DNA from: an uncultured Candidatus Saccharibacteria bacterium
GTDB lineage: Bacteria; Patescibacteriota; JAUYIX01
Direction of reading: 5' to 3'
Assembly: GCA_964435075.1 (NCBI GenBank)
Contig: CAYSXT010000001.1
Span: forward strand, 1 to 60,679
Length of the DNA: 60,679 nucleotides
The notes under the pieces: generated by a model
What the model was told of the DNA's origin: nothing
Databases searched by the model: none
What the model saw: the letters and a program-made list of their open reading frames with translations, nothing else
Shown here: one piece after another, positions 27,032-36,764 of the stretch
Position numbering within the stretch: position 1 is the first letter of the stretch
Layout of the letters: each line of letters starts with the position of its first letter
Translations under genes and position numbers: made by a program

Positions 27032-28084
27032 TTATATAACCCGTTCAACAAAAGAGGTTCCCTCACCCGCAACACCAACTAGGAAATTACTTGGATCGAT
27101 AATTACGATGGTTTTTGCAAGACGCTCGCTAGCAACCGCTCTTGTAAACCAGGATTTGCCGCCATCATCGCTTTTTGCAATATTATTACCCGCTAAAATA
27201 AATATTTGGGAACTATTCTGCGGAACAACCAGTAAATCTGTTACCGGAACATCGGCGGAACTTAATGGATCATTCACAATAGTCCAGTTGCGTCCTAAAT
27301 CACTCGTCATAAATAATCCTTTAGTAGTTGCTGCAAATAAAGGACTATTTGACTGTTCAGATTGAGCAAGAACAAGTGCTGAATCCTGTCTCTCGCTTAA
27401 GCCAGGTGTATTTGTGCTAGTTGGGGTTCGTTCTTCAAAACTGACACCTTGATCAGCTGACACATGCAATCCACTGCCCTGGGTTGCTACAACAATAGCG
27501 CCATTTATTGGCGATACTAGCACATCCGTAACCGCCCTTCTAAAACTTGTAGCTACACTCCATGAGCGTCCTCCGTTTTTAGAGTTTAGCAACTGGCCTG
27601 TCTGAGTTCCGATCCATAGATTTGCCGGAGCATTCGGATTGATTGCAATCGTTGTAATCAAAGCTGGATCTGCATAAAGTGTCTCGAAAGTTTGACCGCC
27701 GTCCTGAGAAATAATTACTTGCTGCTCATAGGCTGCGTATAATATTTCATCATTCTGGGGGTGAAAAACTAATTCTCTCGCAGTTCCCGTGTTTAGAGAA
27801 GTCGAGGTCCAATTTTGACCTGCATCATTACTCATCACCACGCCCTGAGACGCTACAGCCCCAAATATCACCTGAGGCTGGGACGGGCGATTCACTAAGT
27901 CTAGTATTTCTGCAGACGCTAAAGTGCCCTCAACGTCTAGAGTGTTACTTTGAATATACGAGGCACCGCCATCTACTGATTTAAATATTCCGGCATCACT
28001 ACTCGAACCACAACCTGATAACAATGTCAGGGCTAATACGGCTACGGAACCTAAAATAATCTGACGAGGAAGTATTGAATTCAT
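27032..28084 (-). CDS. BNR/Asp-box repeat beta-propeller lipoprotein
   Basis: 350 aa with a lipobox (LLSGCGS) and at least six SxDxGxxW/F boxes (SNDAGQNWT, SQDGGQTF, SKNGGRSWS, SADQGVSF, TSDLGRNWT, SDDGGKSWF). Confidence 0.8.
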   Translation of the reverse strand: MNSILPRQIILGSVAVLALTLLSGCGSSSDAGIFKSVDGGASYIQSNTLDVEGTLASAEILDLVNRPSQPQVIFGAVASQGVVMSNDAGQNWTSTSLNTGTARELVFHPQNDEILYAAYEQQVIISQDGGQTFETLYADPALITTIAINPNAPANLWIGTQTGQLLNSKNGGRSWSVATSFRRAVTDVLVSPINGAIVVATQGSGLHVSADQGVSFEERTPTSTNTPGLSERQDSALVLAQSEQSNSPLFAATTKGLFMTSDLGRNWTIVNDPLSSADVPVTDLLVVPQNSSQIFILAGNNIAKSDDGGKSWFTRAVASERLAKTIVIIDPSNFLVGVAGEGTSFVERVI

Positions 28085-28088
28085 GAGA

Positions 28089-28907
28089 TTATTCTAACAT
28101 AGCGAGAGCCTCTAACACCCCTTTAGCAGAAACATTATTGTTTAGACGACGATTCGCCGCATTCAATCCTCTTCTGGCCTTTATTGAGTCAATAAGAGAC
28201 ATTTCATAGAGCAAATCCTTCGCCAGCGCCTTATCCTTACCATAAATAGTCGCTATTTTTAGGCGAGTATTTGTATCGCCACTGACCCACGTTTCTACAT
28301 CCTGCGCTAGTCGACTTAATTTTGTTTGAACTTTTTTATCTTGCAATATTTTTATTGCACGGGCCGGTAGTCCATGCGCTACTTTAACCACTTGATCTAG
28401 GCTTTTATCATCCAGACCCTCAACCATTTTTAGCAATCCGGCTTTAATCTCGGAATTAGGCACCTTTGTTAAACTAATCGAAATACAACGAGACCTTATA
28501 GTAGGTAATACATTTTCCAGCATATCGGTTGTTAAAATCATAAGGCTATTTCCACGTGGCTCTTCCAAAGAGATCAACATTGAATTCGCTGCCTCCTTTG
28601 TCATTTTGTCTGCACCGTTAATTATTATGCAACTTCGCTTAGCACTCAGAGGTCTATTTGCAACCATTTTATTAACGGCAGCAATCTGCGAAATGCTTAT
28701 TTGATTAGCATCCTCTGCTTTTGCCACTGCCATAAAATCAGAATCACCAGCCTCATTGATTTTTCTTGCCATTGCTAGTTCGCAGATACTTTTGGCAAAA
28801 CTAAATTTGCCCACCTCAGTAGGACCAGTTAATAAAATTGCATGAACGGCTCCCTCCTTAATCAAGCGCTCGGCCCGGTCTCTAGCTTCTTTATTTCCTA
28901 TTATCAT
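28089..28907 (-). CDS. holB: DNA polymerase III subunit delta prime
   Basis: 272 aa AAA+ clamp-loader-like protein with LLTGPTEVGK, a DK Walker B region and the IRSRC sensor motif. Confidence 0.8.
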   Translation of the reverse strand: MIIGNKEARDRAERLIKEGAVHAILLTGPTEVGKFSFAKSICELAMARKINEAGDSDFMAVAKAEDANQISISQIAAVNKMVANRPLSAKRSCIIINGADKMTKEAANSMLISLEEPRGNSLMILTTDMLENVLPTIRSRCISISLTKVPNSEIKAGLLKMVEGLDDKSLDQVVKVAHGLPARAIKILQDKKVQTKLSRLAQDVETWVSGDTNTRLKIATIYGKDKALAKDLLYEMSLIDSIKARRGLNAANRRLNNNVSAKGVLEALAMLE

Positions 28908-29472
28908 TTTGCTCGGAGTTTAGCTTTTTGGCAGGCATCTCATAAATATAACAATGTGTCTTTGAAAAGTTTGGGGCAATTAAAGTTTGATCTGCTTTCC
29001 AGTTCGGCATCCGGAAAGAAACTGTGCCCACAACGGCACCTTTTTTAAGTTCTTTCTCCAACTTTGGTCTTAATTTTAAATTTGGCTTTGGCATGAGATA
29101 AAAAGCAACGGCGTCGACTTTCGAAAGATCAACATTATGAAAATTAGCCAATACAAACGAGATACGAGTCTTATTTTTACTAAAAAGTCGCCTTAACTTT
29201 GCCACCAGATATGGAGCCGGAGATAGCTCAATACCCACTATCTTTGCGTTTGGTATGTAATTGGCAAGCTTAAAAACAAAATCACCCTTACCTGACCCCA
29301 GCTCATAAACTAAATCTGGGTTTCCTTTATTAATATATTCAGCGATCTGTTTTTGGGCTGCCGCAGCAGAGGCAATAGTTGGAACGCCAGTTCGCAATAA
29401 ACTAATCAAAATTGAGATTAGTAAAAAAGAACTGAGAATAAAAATTGAGAAAGTTATTGCTAATCCAAGCAT
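28891..29472 (-). CDS. membrane-anchored class I SAM-dependent methyltransferase
   Basis: 193 aa with an N-terminal TM and motif I VYELGSGKGDF. Confidence 0.75.
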   Translation of the reverse strand: MLGLAITFSIFILSSFLLISILISLLRTGVPTIASAAAAQKQIAEYINKGNPDLVYELGSGKGDFVFKLANYIPNAKIVGIELSPAPYLVAKLRRLFSKNKTRISFVLANFHNVDLSKVDAVAFYLMPKPNLKLRPKLEKELKKGAVVGTVSFRMPNWKADQTLIAPNFSKTHCYIYEMPAKKLNSEQNDNRK

Positions 29473-29473
29473 A

Positions 29474-30484
29474 CTACTTCTTTGCTGCGACTATGCTGCG
29501 TTTGTAAGAGTCCAGATTTTCTAGTGCCATTCCAGTCCCTTTGGCAACACACAAAAGAGAATCTTCCGCCAAATAACAAGGTACACCAGTAGCCTTAGAC
29601 AATAATTGATCTAGATTTCTTAATAATCCCCCGCCACCGGAGAGTACCATTCCCTTATCAATAATATCAGCGGACAGCTCTGGTGGCGTGTCTTGCAACA
29701 CGACTTTTACTGCTTTAATAATCTCTCTTAACTCTTCTTGTAGGGCTTCAGTTACTTCGTTTGAAGTAAACGTTATCGTTTTCGGTAAGCCGGATACCAT
29801 ATCTCTCCCCCTAATATCAATGCCTTCATTTTTTTCCAATGGCAAGGCCGAACCAATTTCAATTTTGATTCTTTCTGCTGTTCGATCTCCAATGGCAAGT
29901 CCGTGCTTTTTACGAATATAGTCACTTACCGCTGAATCTAATTTATTGCCGCCGACCCTAACACTATTAACGGCCACAATCCCGCCCAAGGAAATTACTG
30001 CAATTTCGGTAGTACCACCCCCAATATCAATAATCATGTTGCCCGAAGAGTCGCCAATAGGGATACCTGCACCAATTGCGGCTGCCACTGGTTCTTTAAT
30101 AATGTAGGCGGCTTTTGCGCCAGCAGAGACTGTTGCGTCTACAACGGCTCGCCTCTCGGTAGAGGTTATGCCGGCTGGAACAGAAACCATTACTTCAGGA
30201 CGTAAAAAGCGCACTCCACCTGTTGCTTTATCAATTAAATATCTCAAGAGTGCTTCTGTAATGCGATAATCAGCAATAACGCCATCCTTCAGCGGACGAC
30301 TCGCAATTATAGTGTCTGGAGTGCGCCCTAACATTTCTTTTGCTTCGGCTCCAACAGCTAAAATTCGGTTGTCGTCAACAGAAACGGCCACGACAGAAGG
30401 CTCATTGATAACAATGCCTTTTTTTGGAATATAGACCAATGTATTTGCGGTACCGAGATCAATACCAACTTTTTTGTTAAACAT
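29474..30484 (-). CDS. second MreB-family actin homologue
   Basis: 336 aa carrying the same MreB motifs (DLGTANTLVY, DIGGGTTEIAV, LSGGGGLLRNL). It is clearly paralogous to 24198..25256. Confidence 0.93.
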   Translation of the reverse strand: MFNKKVGIDLGTANTLVYIPKKGIVINEPSVVAVSVDDNRILAVGAEAKEMLGRTPDTIIASRPLKDGVIADYRITEALLRYLIDKATGGVRFLRPEVMVSVPAGITSTERRAVVDATVSAGAKAAYIIKEPVAAAIGAGIPIGDSSGNMIIDIGGGTTEIAVISLGGIVAVNSVRVGGNKLDSAVSDYIRKKHGLAIGDRTAERIKIEIGSALPLEKNEGIDIRGRDMVSGLPKTITFTSNEVTEALQEELREIIKAVKVVLQDTPPELSADIIDKGMVLSGGGGLLRNLDQLLSKATGVPCYLAEDSLLCVAKGTGMALENLDSYKRSIVAAKK

Positions 30485-30504
30485 GGGCCAAAAAGAATAT
30501 CAGT

Positions 30505-31785
30505 TTAAAAATAATCTGTCTCCTCACGCTTTATATCTGCTCCAAGAGCTGATAATCGCTCGTCAATACGCTCATATCCCCTATCGATCTGGTAGATATT
30601 GCCAATCGTTGTTTTACCTTCGGCTATTAAGCCTGCAATCACTAAACCTATACCAGCTCTAATATCAGGAGATACAATTTTTCTACCGCGCATAGGAGAT
30701 GGACCTTCTATTATTACTCTATAAGGATCAGCCATAATTATTTTAGCACCCATCTGCTTTAATTTATCCGTATAGAATAAGCGGCCTTCAAAAATAGTCT
30801 CTCTGAGCACTGAAATACCTTGAGCCTGGCTGAGCATTACTACGAATGGCGGTTGATAGTCAGTCGCAAGGCCTGGGTACTCATGGGTTACAACTTCCAA
30901 CGGCTTTAAAGGTTTGGTTCTTTTTTTAATTAACAAGCTGTCACTTTCTCTTTTATATTCAACACCAGCTAGAGATATCATTTTTAGAAAGACATCCATG
31001 TGATCTGGAATGCAATTTTTTATTAATATTTCACTTTTTGAAGCTGCAGCCATACAGGCAAATGTTCCTGCTTCTATTCTATCTGGTGCAATCCTAGCGG
31101 GTTCATCAATAGCATTTAATGTTTCTACACCTTCAATAATTATTGTGGGCGAACCAGCACCTGAGATACGAGCTCCTCTTTTATTAAGAAATTCTGCCAG
31201 TTCGACAACACCCGGCTCCATAGCTGCGTTTACTAAAGTTGTTTTACCTTCGGCTAAACAAGCTGCCATTATTAAATTTTCCGTAACAGTTACACTGACA
31301 CTGCGAAAAACAAATTTTGCTCCCTTAAGTTTATCTGCCTTAATGTGATACATATGATCACCAACCTCAACTTTTGCTCCAAGGGTTTCCAGACCGTCCA
31401 GCAAACGATCAAGAGGACGCTCTCCAATAACATCTCCACCTGGATGTCGCATTTTTATTTCACCAAATCGTGCCAAGAGTGGACCTGCAAACATACTTGA
31501 TGACCTCTCTTTGGTCATCAGGTCATCTAGCAGCTCTGTTTTATTTATTGATTCTGCGTTTATCTCCAATTTATGACCATCGCTACTTCGCTCCACCTTT
31601 CCGCCAAGGGATTCTACTAATTTGGACATTACACCAGTACCAACAATATTTGGAACATTTTCTAACTTTGTAACGCCCGGAATAAGCATCGCCGCTGGTA
31701 TCAATTTTAAGGCGATATTCTTATCACCTGCCACCTCAATTTCACCGGATAAAGTTTTCTGACCCTGAATAATAAATTTTTGCAT
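30505..31785 (-). CDS. murA: UDP-N-acetylglucosamine 1-carboxyvinyltransferase
   Basis: 426-aa EPSP-synthase-fold sequence with MRHPGGDVIGERPLD in the region that aligns with the MurA catalytic loop. Confidence 0.94.
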   Translation of the reverse strand: MQKFIIQGQKTLSGEIEVAGDKNIALKLIPAAMLIPGVTKLENVPNIVGTGVMSKLVESLGGKVERSSDGHKLEINAESINKTELLDDLMTKERSSSMFAGPLLARFGEIKMRHPGGDVIGERPLDRLLDGLETLGAKVEVGDHMYHIKADKLKGAKFVFRSVSVTVTENLIMAACLAEGKTTLVNAAMEPGVVELAEFLNKRGARISGAGSPTIIIEGVETLNAIDEPARIAPDRIEAGTFACMAAASKSEILIKNCIPDHMDVFLKMISLAGVEYKRESDSLLIKKRTKPLKPLEVVTHEYPGLATDYQPPFVVMLSQAQGISVLRETIFEGRLFYTDKLKQMGAKIIMADPYRVIIEGPSPMRGRKIVSPDIRAGIGLVIAGLIAEGKTTIGNIYQIDRGYERIDERLSALGADIKREETDYF

Positions 31786-31793
31786 ATAGAATT

Positions 31794-31822
31794 ATGCTAA
31801 CTAGGGTCTGGAGAAACAGCAA
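31794..31822 (-). promoter_or_regulatory. possible murA promoter
   Basis: The minus strand reads TTGCTG, 17 nt, TAGCAT, then 8 nt to the ATG at 31785. Confidence 0.4.
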
Positions 31823-31841
31823 GTAGTCTTTTTAACGGAAG

Positions 31842-31869
31842 TTGACTTACACACAAATAAATGTAATAA
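31842..31869 (+). promoter_or_regulatory. possible promoter of the PEGA/propeller gene
   Basis: TTGACT, 16 nt, TAATAA, then 8 nt to the ATG at 31878. Confidence 0.45.
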
Positions 31870-31877
31870 CGCGGTAA

Positions 31878-33281
31878 ATGAAAAAGGTAACTCGCAACAT
31901 CTTATTTGGTGCCATATTGCTTATATTCTTCGTAGTAGCCCCTATTTTAATATTTTATGCTCGGGGGTTTTCTATTGATACAGACAATGGCGAAGTAATA
32001 CGGACAGGTATTATTTACGTTGATTCCAACGTAGATAGAGGCTCCATAAGCATTGATGACGAGGCACCAAAATCAGAAAATAACCCATTTTTAGCAAAAG
32101 GGGTTTTACCAGGCCATCACCACCTAGAAATCACCGCCGAGGGCTTTCAAACCTGGAGCGCAGAGGTACCTGTAGTAGCAGAAAAAGTTACCAGGATTGA
32201 GAATCTACTTTTATTATTGCAAGAACCAATACTCGAGCGCCCCATTAAAGGAGAATTAGGGGCATATGCGGTTTCCTCTAATGGTAAATATACTATTTTT
32301 ACTGTTTTGGATGATAAGGATAAAGGACTATGGCTGCACACAACTGATGAAGAAAACAACCGCCAATTATTAGCCGATGACGAAATTGAGTTCCAGGATT
32401 TTGAAACTATAACTTGGTCAGATAACTCTAAAATTGTTCTATTGAAAAATACGAGCGACGACTATTATTTGTTATCGCCACATGTTAGTTCGCCGGTTTT
32501 ATTAGAATTACCAGCGCTCTCAAAAATAAAGGCAGATGACATCTTTTTTGATCAGGATGAACCAACTACTCTATTTTATATAAAGAATAATGAGCTATTT
32601 GAATGGAAAACTACACCGATTACCAATAAGCCAGAAAGAATTGCCAGAAATGTTATCGACGTAGCAGTCCGCAATCCAAAAGTCTTTATTTTGCAGTCAG
32701 GAGAGCTTAATGATCGCTTAGCCTCTATTGATCTGAGACTCGATACAAATAATTTAGCTGAAATTATCACTTTGCCATCAGCAAAATCTGGTAAGAAACT
32801 TTTTGTATCTAATGGACGACATGTAGCGGTAATAACTGATGACAGCGACCTATTACTACTTGAACGCGATAAGGGCAATTTTACCTGGGCCGAAATAGAA
32901 TCAACCGGCATTGACCTAGCCGCTTGGTCACCGGATTCAAGATATTTGATGTATTTGAAGGAGGCTGAGATATGGGTTTATGATCAGGAAGCCCCAGAAG
33001 ACGAGCCAGAATCATATATCCTCACTAGACTTTCTACCATGCCAACAGATATCAGTTGGCATCCAGAAAGCGGGCAATTACTTGTACATACAAATTCTGC
33101 AGAAGCATCCCTATACCGTTTGCTTCATGTAAGTCGATTTAGTCCCCAGTTCTCTGATCTAGATCTTCCCGCTGACATATCTAATGTCAGCATCGTAGGC
33201 AGCGGAGAACAAATCTACTTTAAGGAAAAACTTAAAGACCAGGATGCCTTATCTATCCTGACTTTTACAGAGTTAAATTAA
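31878..33281 (+). CDS. membrane-anchored protein with PEGA-like domain and probable beta-propeller (TolB/WD40-like) region
   Basis: 467 aa with an N-terminal TM, a PEGA-like segment (GSISIDDEAP...LPGHHHLEITAEGFQTWSAEVPV), then repeated beta-strand blocks. Confidence 0.7.
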   Translation: MKKVTRNILFGAILLIFFVVAPILIFYARGFSIDTDNGEVIRTGIIYVDSNVDRGSISIDDEAPKSENNPFLAKGVLPGHHHLEITAEGFQTWSAEVPVVAEKVTRIENLLLLLQEPILERPIKGELGAYAVSSNGKYTIFTVLDDKDKGLWLHTTDEENNRQLLADDEIEFQDFETITWSDNSKIVLLKNTSDDYYLLSPHVSSPVLLELPALSKIKADDIFFDQDEPTTLFYIKNNELFEWKTTPITNKPERIARNVIDVAVRNPKVFILQSGELNDRLASIDLRLDTNNLAEIITLPSAKSGKKLFVSNGRHVAVITDDSDLLLLERDKGNFTWAEIESTGIDLAAWSPDSRYLMYLKEAEIWVYDQEAPEDEPESYILTRLSTMPTDISWHPESGQLLVHTNSAEASLYRLLHVSRFSPQFSDLDLPADISNVSIVGSGEQIYFKEKLKDQDALSILTFTELN

Positions 33282-33291
33282 TAAATACTAA

Positions 33292-33777
33292 TTAACGCTT
33301 TGAGAACTGTGGTGCACGGCGAGCACGCTTTAAGCCATATTTTTTACGTTCTTTAGCTCTCGAGTCCCTAGTCAAATAACCAGCCTTTTTTAGGGTTCCT
33401 CTTAGATCAGCATCAAGTTTTTCTAAGGCTCTAGCAATACCATGACGAGCAGCATGTGCTTGTCCATTTACTCCACCACCCCTAGTAATAATAGAAATAT
33501 CTAAAGTTTTAAGATTGCCTGTTAAAACAAGCGGTGAGACCAAGGCTCTTTGCCAATGCTCGTCCGGGAAAAATGACTTCATATCTTTTTCATTTACCGT
33601 AATTTTCCCTGTTCCCTTCATGATTCTTACTCTTGCAACGGCACTTTTTCTTCGGCCTACTGCAGCAAAATATTTAGCATTTACGTTTTTGCTTTTAGCT
33701 GCCGTACGCTTTGGCTTTGCTGTGGCTGCAGACTTCTTAACTGCTTTTTTTGTAGTTGCTTTAGCTTTTTTGGGCAT
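33292..33777 (-). CDS. rpsI: 30S ribosomal protein S9 with K/A-rich N-terminal extension
   Basis: 161 aa with the S9 core (GRRKSAVARV...GGGVNGQA...RDSRAKERKKYG). Confidence 0.95.
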   Translation of the reverse strand: MPKKAKATTKKAVKKSAATAKPKRTAAKSKNVNAKYFAAVGRRKSAVARVRIMKGTGKITVNEKDMKSFFPDEHWQRALVSPLVLTGNLKTLDISIITRGGGVNGQAHAARHGIARALEKLDADLRGTLKKAGYLTRDSRAKERKKYGLKRARRAPQFSKR

Positions 33778-33782
33778 TATCT

Positions 33783-34220
33783 TTATTTAATTTTAGCTGC
33801 AAAATCGTGCTTATCATCTTTAAAAGCATGTAATCTCTTAAGCATTCCACCTCTAAGATTATTTTTAGGCAACATTCCATTTACCGCTCGTCTTATAACC
33901 TCTTCCGGACGAACCATAATCAAGTCTTTATAAGTTTTAACTTTTAAATGTCCAGGATAAGTGGAGTGGCGGTAATATTCTTTTGTTTCTAGCTTGTTAC
34001 CAGACAATTTCACTTTAGCCGCGTTAATAACAACGACGTGGTCACCTATATCTTGCATAGGGCTCCAGTCTGCCTTGTACTTACCTCTGAGTAAATCTGC
34101 GACCTCCGTTGCTAATCGCCCTAAAATACGATCCTTGGCGTCAATAAGGTGCCATTTAGCCTGTCTTTCTGCAACAGGAGTAACTTGTCTTGTAGTTAGA
34201 ATATTCTGTACTGTTTTCAT
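33783..34220 (-). CDS. rplM: 50S ribosomal protein L13
   Basis: 145 aa with WHLIDAKDRILGRLA, typical of L13. Confidence 0.95.
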   Translation of the reverse strand: MKTVQNILTTRQVTPVAERQAKWHLIDAKDRILGRLATEVADLLRGKYKADWSPMQDIGDHVVVINAAKVKLSGNKLETKEYYRHSTYPGHLKVKTYKDLIMVRPEEVIRRAVNGMLPKNNLRGGMLKRLHAFKDDKHDFAAKIK

Positions 34221-34579
34221 TTCTTTGCATCAATAATAGATAAGCTAGCCAGCTCAGCACCATCTCCCTGCCTAAAACCAATTTTTCTTAAAACTGTATA
34301 GCCACCTTCTCTATCTGCCATGGCAACTGATACTTTTTTAAGAATCTTATCTACCGCTTTAGTATCCTCTAACTTTGTTAGCAGTTGTCGTTTAGCCGCT
34401 CTGTCTTGTTTTTTCCCAATCGTAATCAATTTTTCAGCATAAGACTGAACCGTCTTAGCTTTTGCGACAGTAGTCTCAATTTTATTTTCTAAAAATAAAG
34501 ATCTGGCTAACGATCTTACCAACGCTTCCCTTGAGGCTTTTACTCTCTTAAGTTTTCTACCAGCTACTCTATGTCGCAT
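34217..34579 (-). CDS. rplQ: 50S ribosomal protein L17
   Basis: 120 aa with MRHRVAGRKL...RSLARSL, typical of L17. Confidence 0.93.
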   Translation of the reverse strand: MRHRVAGRKLKRVKASREALVRSLARSLFLENKIETTVAKAKTVQSYAEKLITIGKKQDRAAKRQLLTKLEDTKAVDKILKKVSVAMADREGGYTVLRKIGFRQGDGAELASLSIIDAKK

Positions 34580-34585
34580 TATTTT

Positions 34586-35671
34586 TTATTCTTCGTCTAC
34601 TGCTTCTTTTTTTGAATCAGAATTAACCACTCCTAAACCGCCAGATAAACTAAGACCAATTTTCTTTAGAGCCTTTGAAATTTCCGCCAGCGCTTTACCA
34701 CCAAGACCTTGCAAGTCTGCAAGTTCTTGCTCACTCATTTTTACGATATCCTTAACTTTCTTAACGTCATTATTGTAAAGCGCATTCAGAGTACGAGTGG
34801 ACAAAGTTAGTTCCTCAATTGCCATTTCTAGATTTGATTCAGCTCCACTCTTGGGTGTTTCTCCCTCATTAGCCGAATCTGTACCTTCGGTCACTACGGC
34901 GCCAATTTTGGTTGGCTTGGTTTGCTCAGCTTGCGGCAATCTTTTTTCCGTGTCTGACTCAATCTTAATATCCTTCAGGAAAAGATTTAGATGGTCCTGC
35001 AGAAGAGCTGCTGCCCTTTCGATCGCCTCTTTTGGAGTTAATGTACCATCAGTCTCAATGCCCATTGATAATTTATCAAAGTCAGTAATCTGACCAACGC
35101 GAGCGCTAGAAACATCCATGCTTACATTTTTTACCGGCGTATATATAGAATCGACGGCGATTGTACCAATCTCAAGCTGCTCTTTTTCACGATCCTCTAT
35201 TGGAACATATCCGCGACCTTTTTCTACAGTAACTTCCAAACTAAATTCAGTATCCTTATCTGTTATATTCGCAATCACTTGATCACCATTTACAACTTCT
35301 ACAGAGCTGCTCTTTTCAAAATCACTAGCCAGTACCGGACCTTCACCTTTTTTAGTAAGAGTAAGTTTAGCTGGTGCATCCTCGTGCATTTTCAAGCGCA
35401 CCTTTTTTAAGTTTAAAATAATAGTTACCATATCCTCTTTAACACCACTTAAAGTTGAGAACTCATGCTCAACTCCCTTAATATTTACAGCAGTGATTGC
35501 TGCTCCCGGTAATGAAGATAATAGAATTCGTCTTAAGGCGTTGCCGAGAGTCACACCATAACCAGGATGTAGTGGCTCCAATACCAAGTCAGCCCGCCAT
35601 TTGTTTTTTTTGTCAGGAGTAAATGATACTTGATTAGGTAATTTGATTTTGTCGAGCATAGTTTTAGTCAA
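34586..35671 (-). CDS. rpoA: DNA-directed RNA polymerase subunit alpha
   Basis: 361 aa with an NTD (GNALRRILLSSLPG) and a CTD (LSTRTLNALYNNDV). The inter-domain linker is unusually long and acidic. Confidence 0.95.
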   Translation of the reverse strand: MTKTMLDKIKLPNQVSFTPDKKNKWRADLVLEPLHPGYGVTLGNALRRILLSSLPGAAITAVNIKGVEHEFSTLSGVKEDMVTIILNLKKVRLKMHEDAPAKLTLTKKGEGPVLASDFEKSSSVEVVNGDQVIANITDKDTEFSLEVTVEKGRGYVPIEDREKEQLEIGTIAVDSIYTPVKNVSMDVSSARVGQITDFDKLSMGIETDGTLTPKEAIERAAALLQDHLNLFLKDIKIESDTEKRLPQAEQTKPTKIGAVVTEGTDSANEGETPKSGAESNLEMAIEELTLSTRTLNALYNNDVKKVKDIVKMSEQELADLQGLGGKALAEISKALKKIGLSLSGGLGVVNSDSKKEAVDEE

Positions 35672-35678
35672 TAATTAT

Positions 35679-36308
35679 TTAGCGTGAGTAAAATTCAACG
35701 ATTTGTTGTACGTTGATTTCTTGTTCAACATCTGCTGAGCCAGGGATTCCTGTAACCTCGGCAGATAGATTCTTTGTATCCAAATCCAACCAACCGGGAA
35801 CCATTTTGGTTTGCATTCCTTTTTCTTGAATTTCGAAATAAGGCATTTTTAAGGATTTCTCAGCCACTGTTACTACATCTCCAACTTTAACCTGATAAGA
35901 AGGTAAATTGTTTGGATTGTCGTTTACAACTATATGTCCGTGCCTAATTAATTGTCTTGCTGTTCGTCGGGACTTAGCTAATTGCATACGATATACAACA
36001 TTGTCCAAACGTCTTTCTAGTAATCCAAGTAGATTATCTCCTGTTACGCCTTTTTGTTTTGAGGCAGTTTCAAAATATTCTCTGAATTGACGTTCTAAAA
36101 CATCGTAGCTATTACGAGCTTTTTGCTTCTCGCGCAGTTGCTGACCGAATTCAGACAATCTATTAAAAGATCCCTGACCGTGCTGTCCTGGTGCATAGCT
36201 TCTACGAGTAAAAGCACACTTTGGAGTAAAACAACGATCGCCTTTGAGAAACAATTTTTCTCCGAGACGACGACATCGATCACATTTTGCATCTAAATTT
36301 CTAGCCAT
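35679..36308 (-). CDS. rpsD: 30S ribosomal protein S4
   Basis: 209 aa with CRRLGEKLFLKGDRC and an S4 RNA-binding domain. Confidence 0.95.
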   Translation of the reverse strand: MARNLDAKCDRCRRLGEKLFLKGDRCFTPKCAFTRRSYAPGQHGQGSFNRLSEFGQQLREKQKARNSYDVLERQFREYFETASKQKGVTGDNLLGLLERRLDNVVYRMQLAKSRRTARQLIRHGHIVVNDNPNNLPSYQVKVGDVVTVAEKSLKMPYFEIQEKGMQTKMVPGWLDLDTKNLSAEVTGIPGSADVEQEINVQQIVEFYSR

Positions 36309-36309
36309 A

Positions 36310-36762
36310 TTAAACCCTTCTTACCTTTTTTGGACGAACACCATTGTGTGGAATAGGTGTTACGTCTTTAATTAAGTTAACGTTTACTCCTCTCGCTTGA
36401 AATGCTCGAATAGCAGCGTCACGACCAGAACCAATACCTTTGACATACACATCTATATCTCTTAAGCCTACAGATTCTATACGATCCATTAGCTGATGAA
36501 CGACTTGTCCGGCTGCGTATGGGGTTGCTTTCTTAGCACCTCTAAATCCTGCGGAACCCGACGAAGCCCAACCCAGGGAATTACCGCTTAAGTCTGTCAC
36601 AGTAACGATTGTATTATTGTAAGTAGCCTGAATATGTGCGGCACCCTGCGTAAGAGTTCTACGGGCCTTTTTATTTTTTGCCTTTGGCGCAGCTTTTTTC
36701 TTGGTCGTATTTTCTGCAGTCTTTGTTTTCGACGCAGTTTTTGTTTTTTGTTCTTCAGTCAT
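36310..36762 (-). CDS. rpsK: 30S ribosomal protein S11 with K-rich N-terminal extension
   Basis: 150 aa with the S11 core (HIQATYNNTIVTVTD...GFRGAKKATPYAA). Confidence 0.95.
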   Translation of the reverse strand: MTEEQKTKTASKTKTAENTTKKKAAPKAKNKKARRTLTQGAAHIQATYNNTIVTVTDLSGNSLGWASSGSAGFRGAKKATPYAAGQVVHQLMDRIESVGLRDIDVYVKGIGSGRDAAIRAFQARGVNVNLIKDVTPIPHNGVRPKKVRRV

Positions 36763-36764
36763 AA

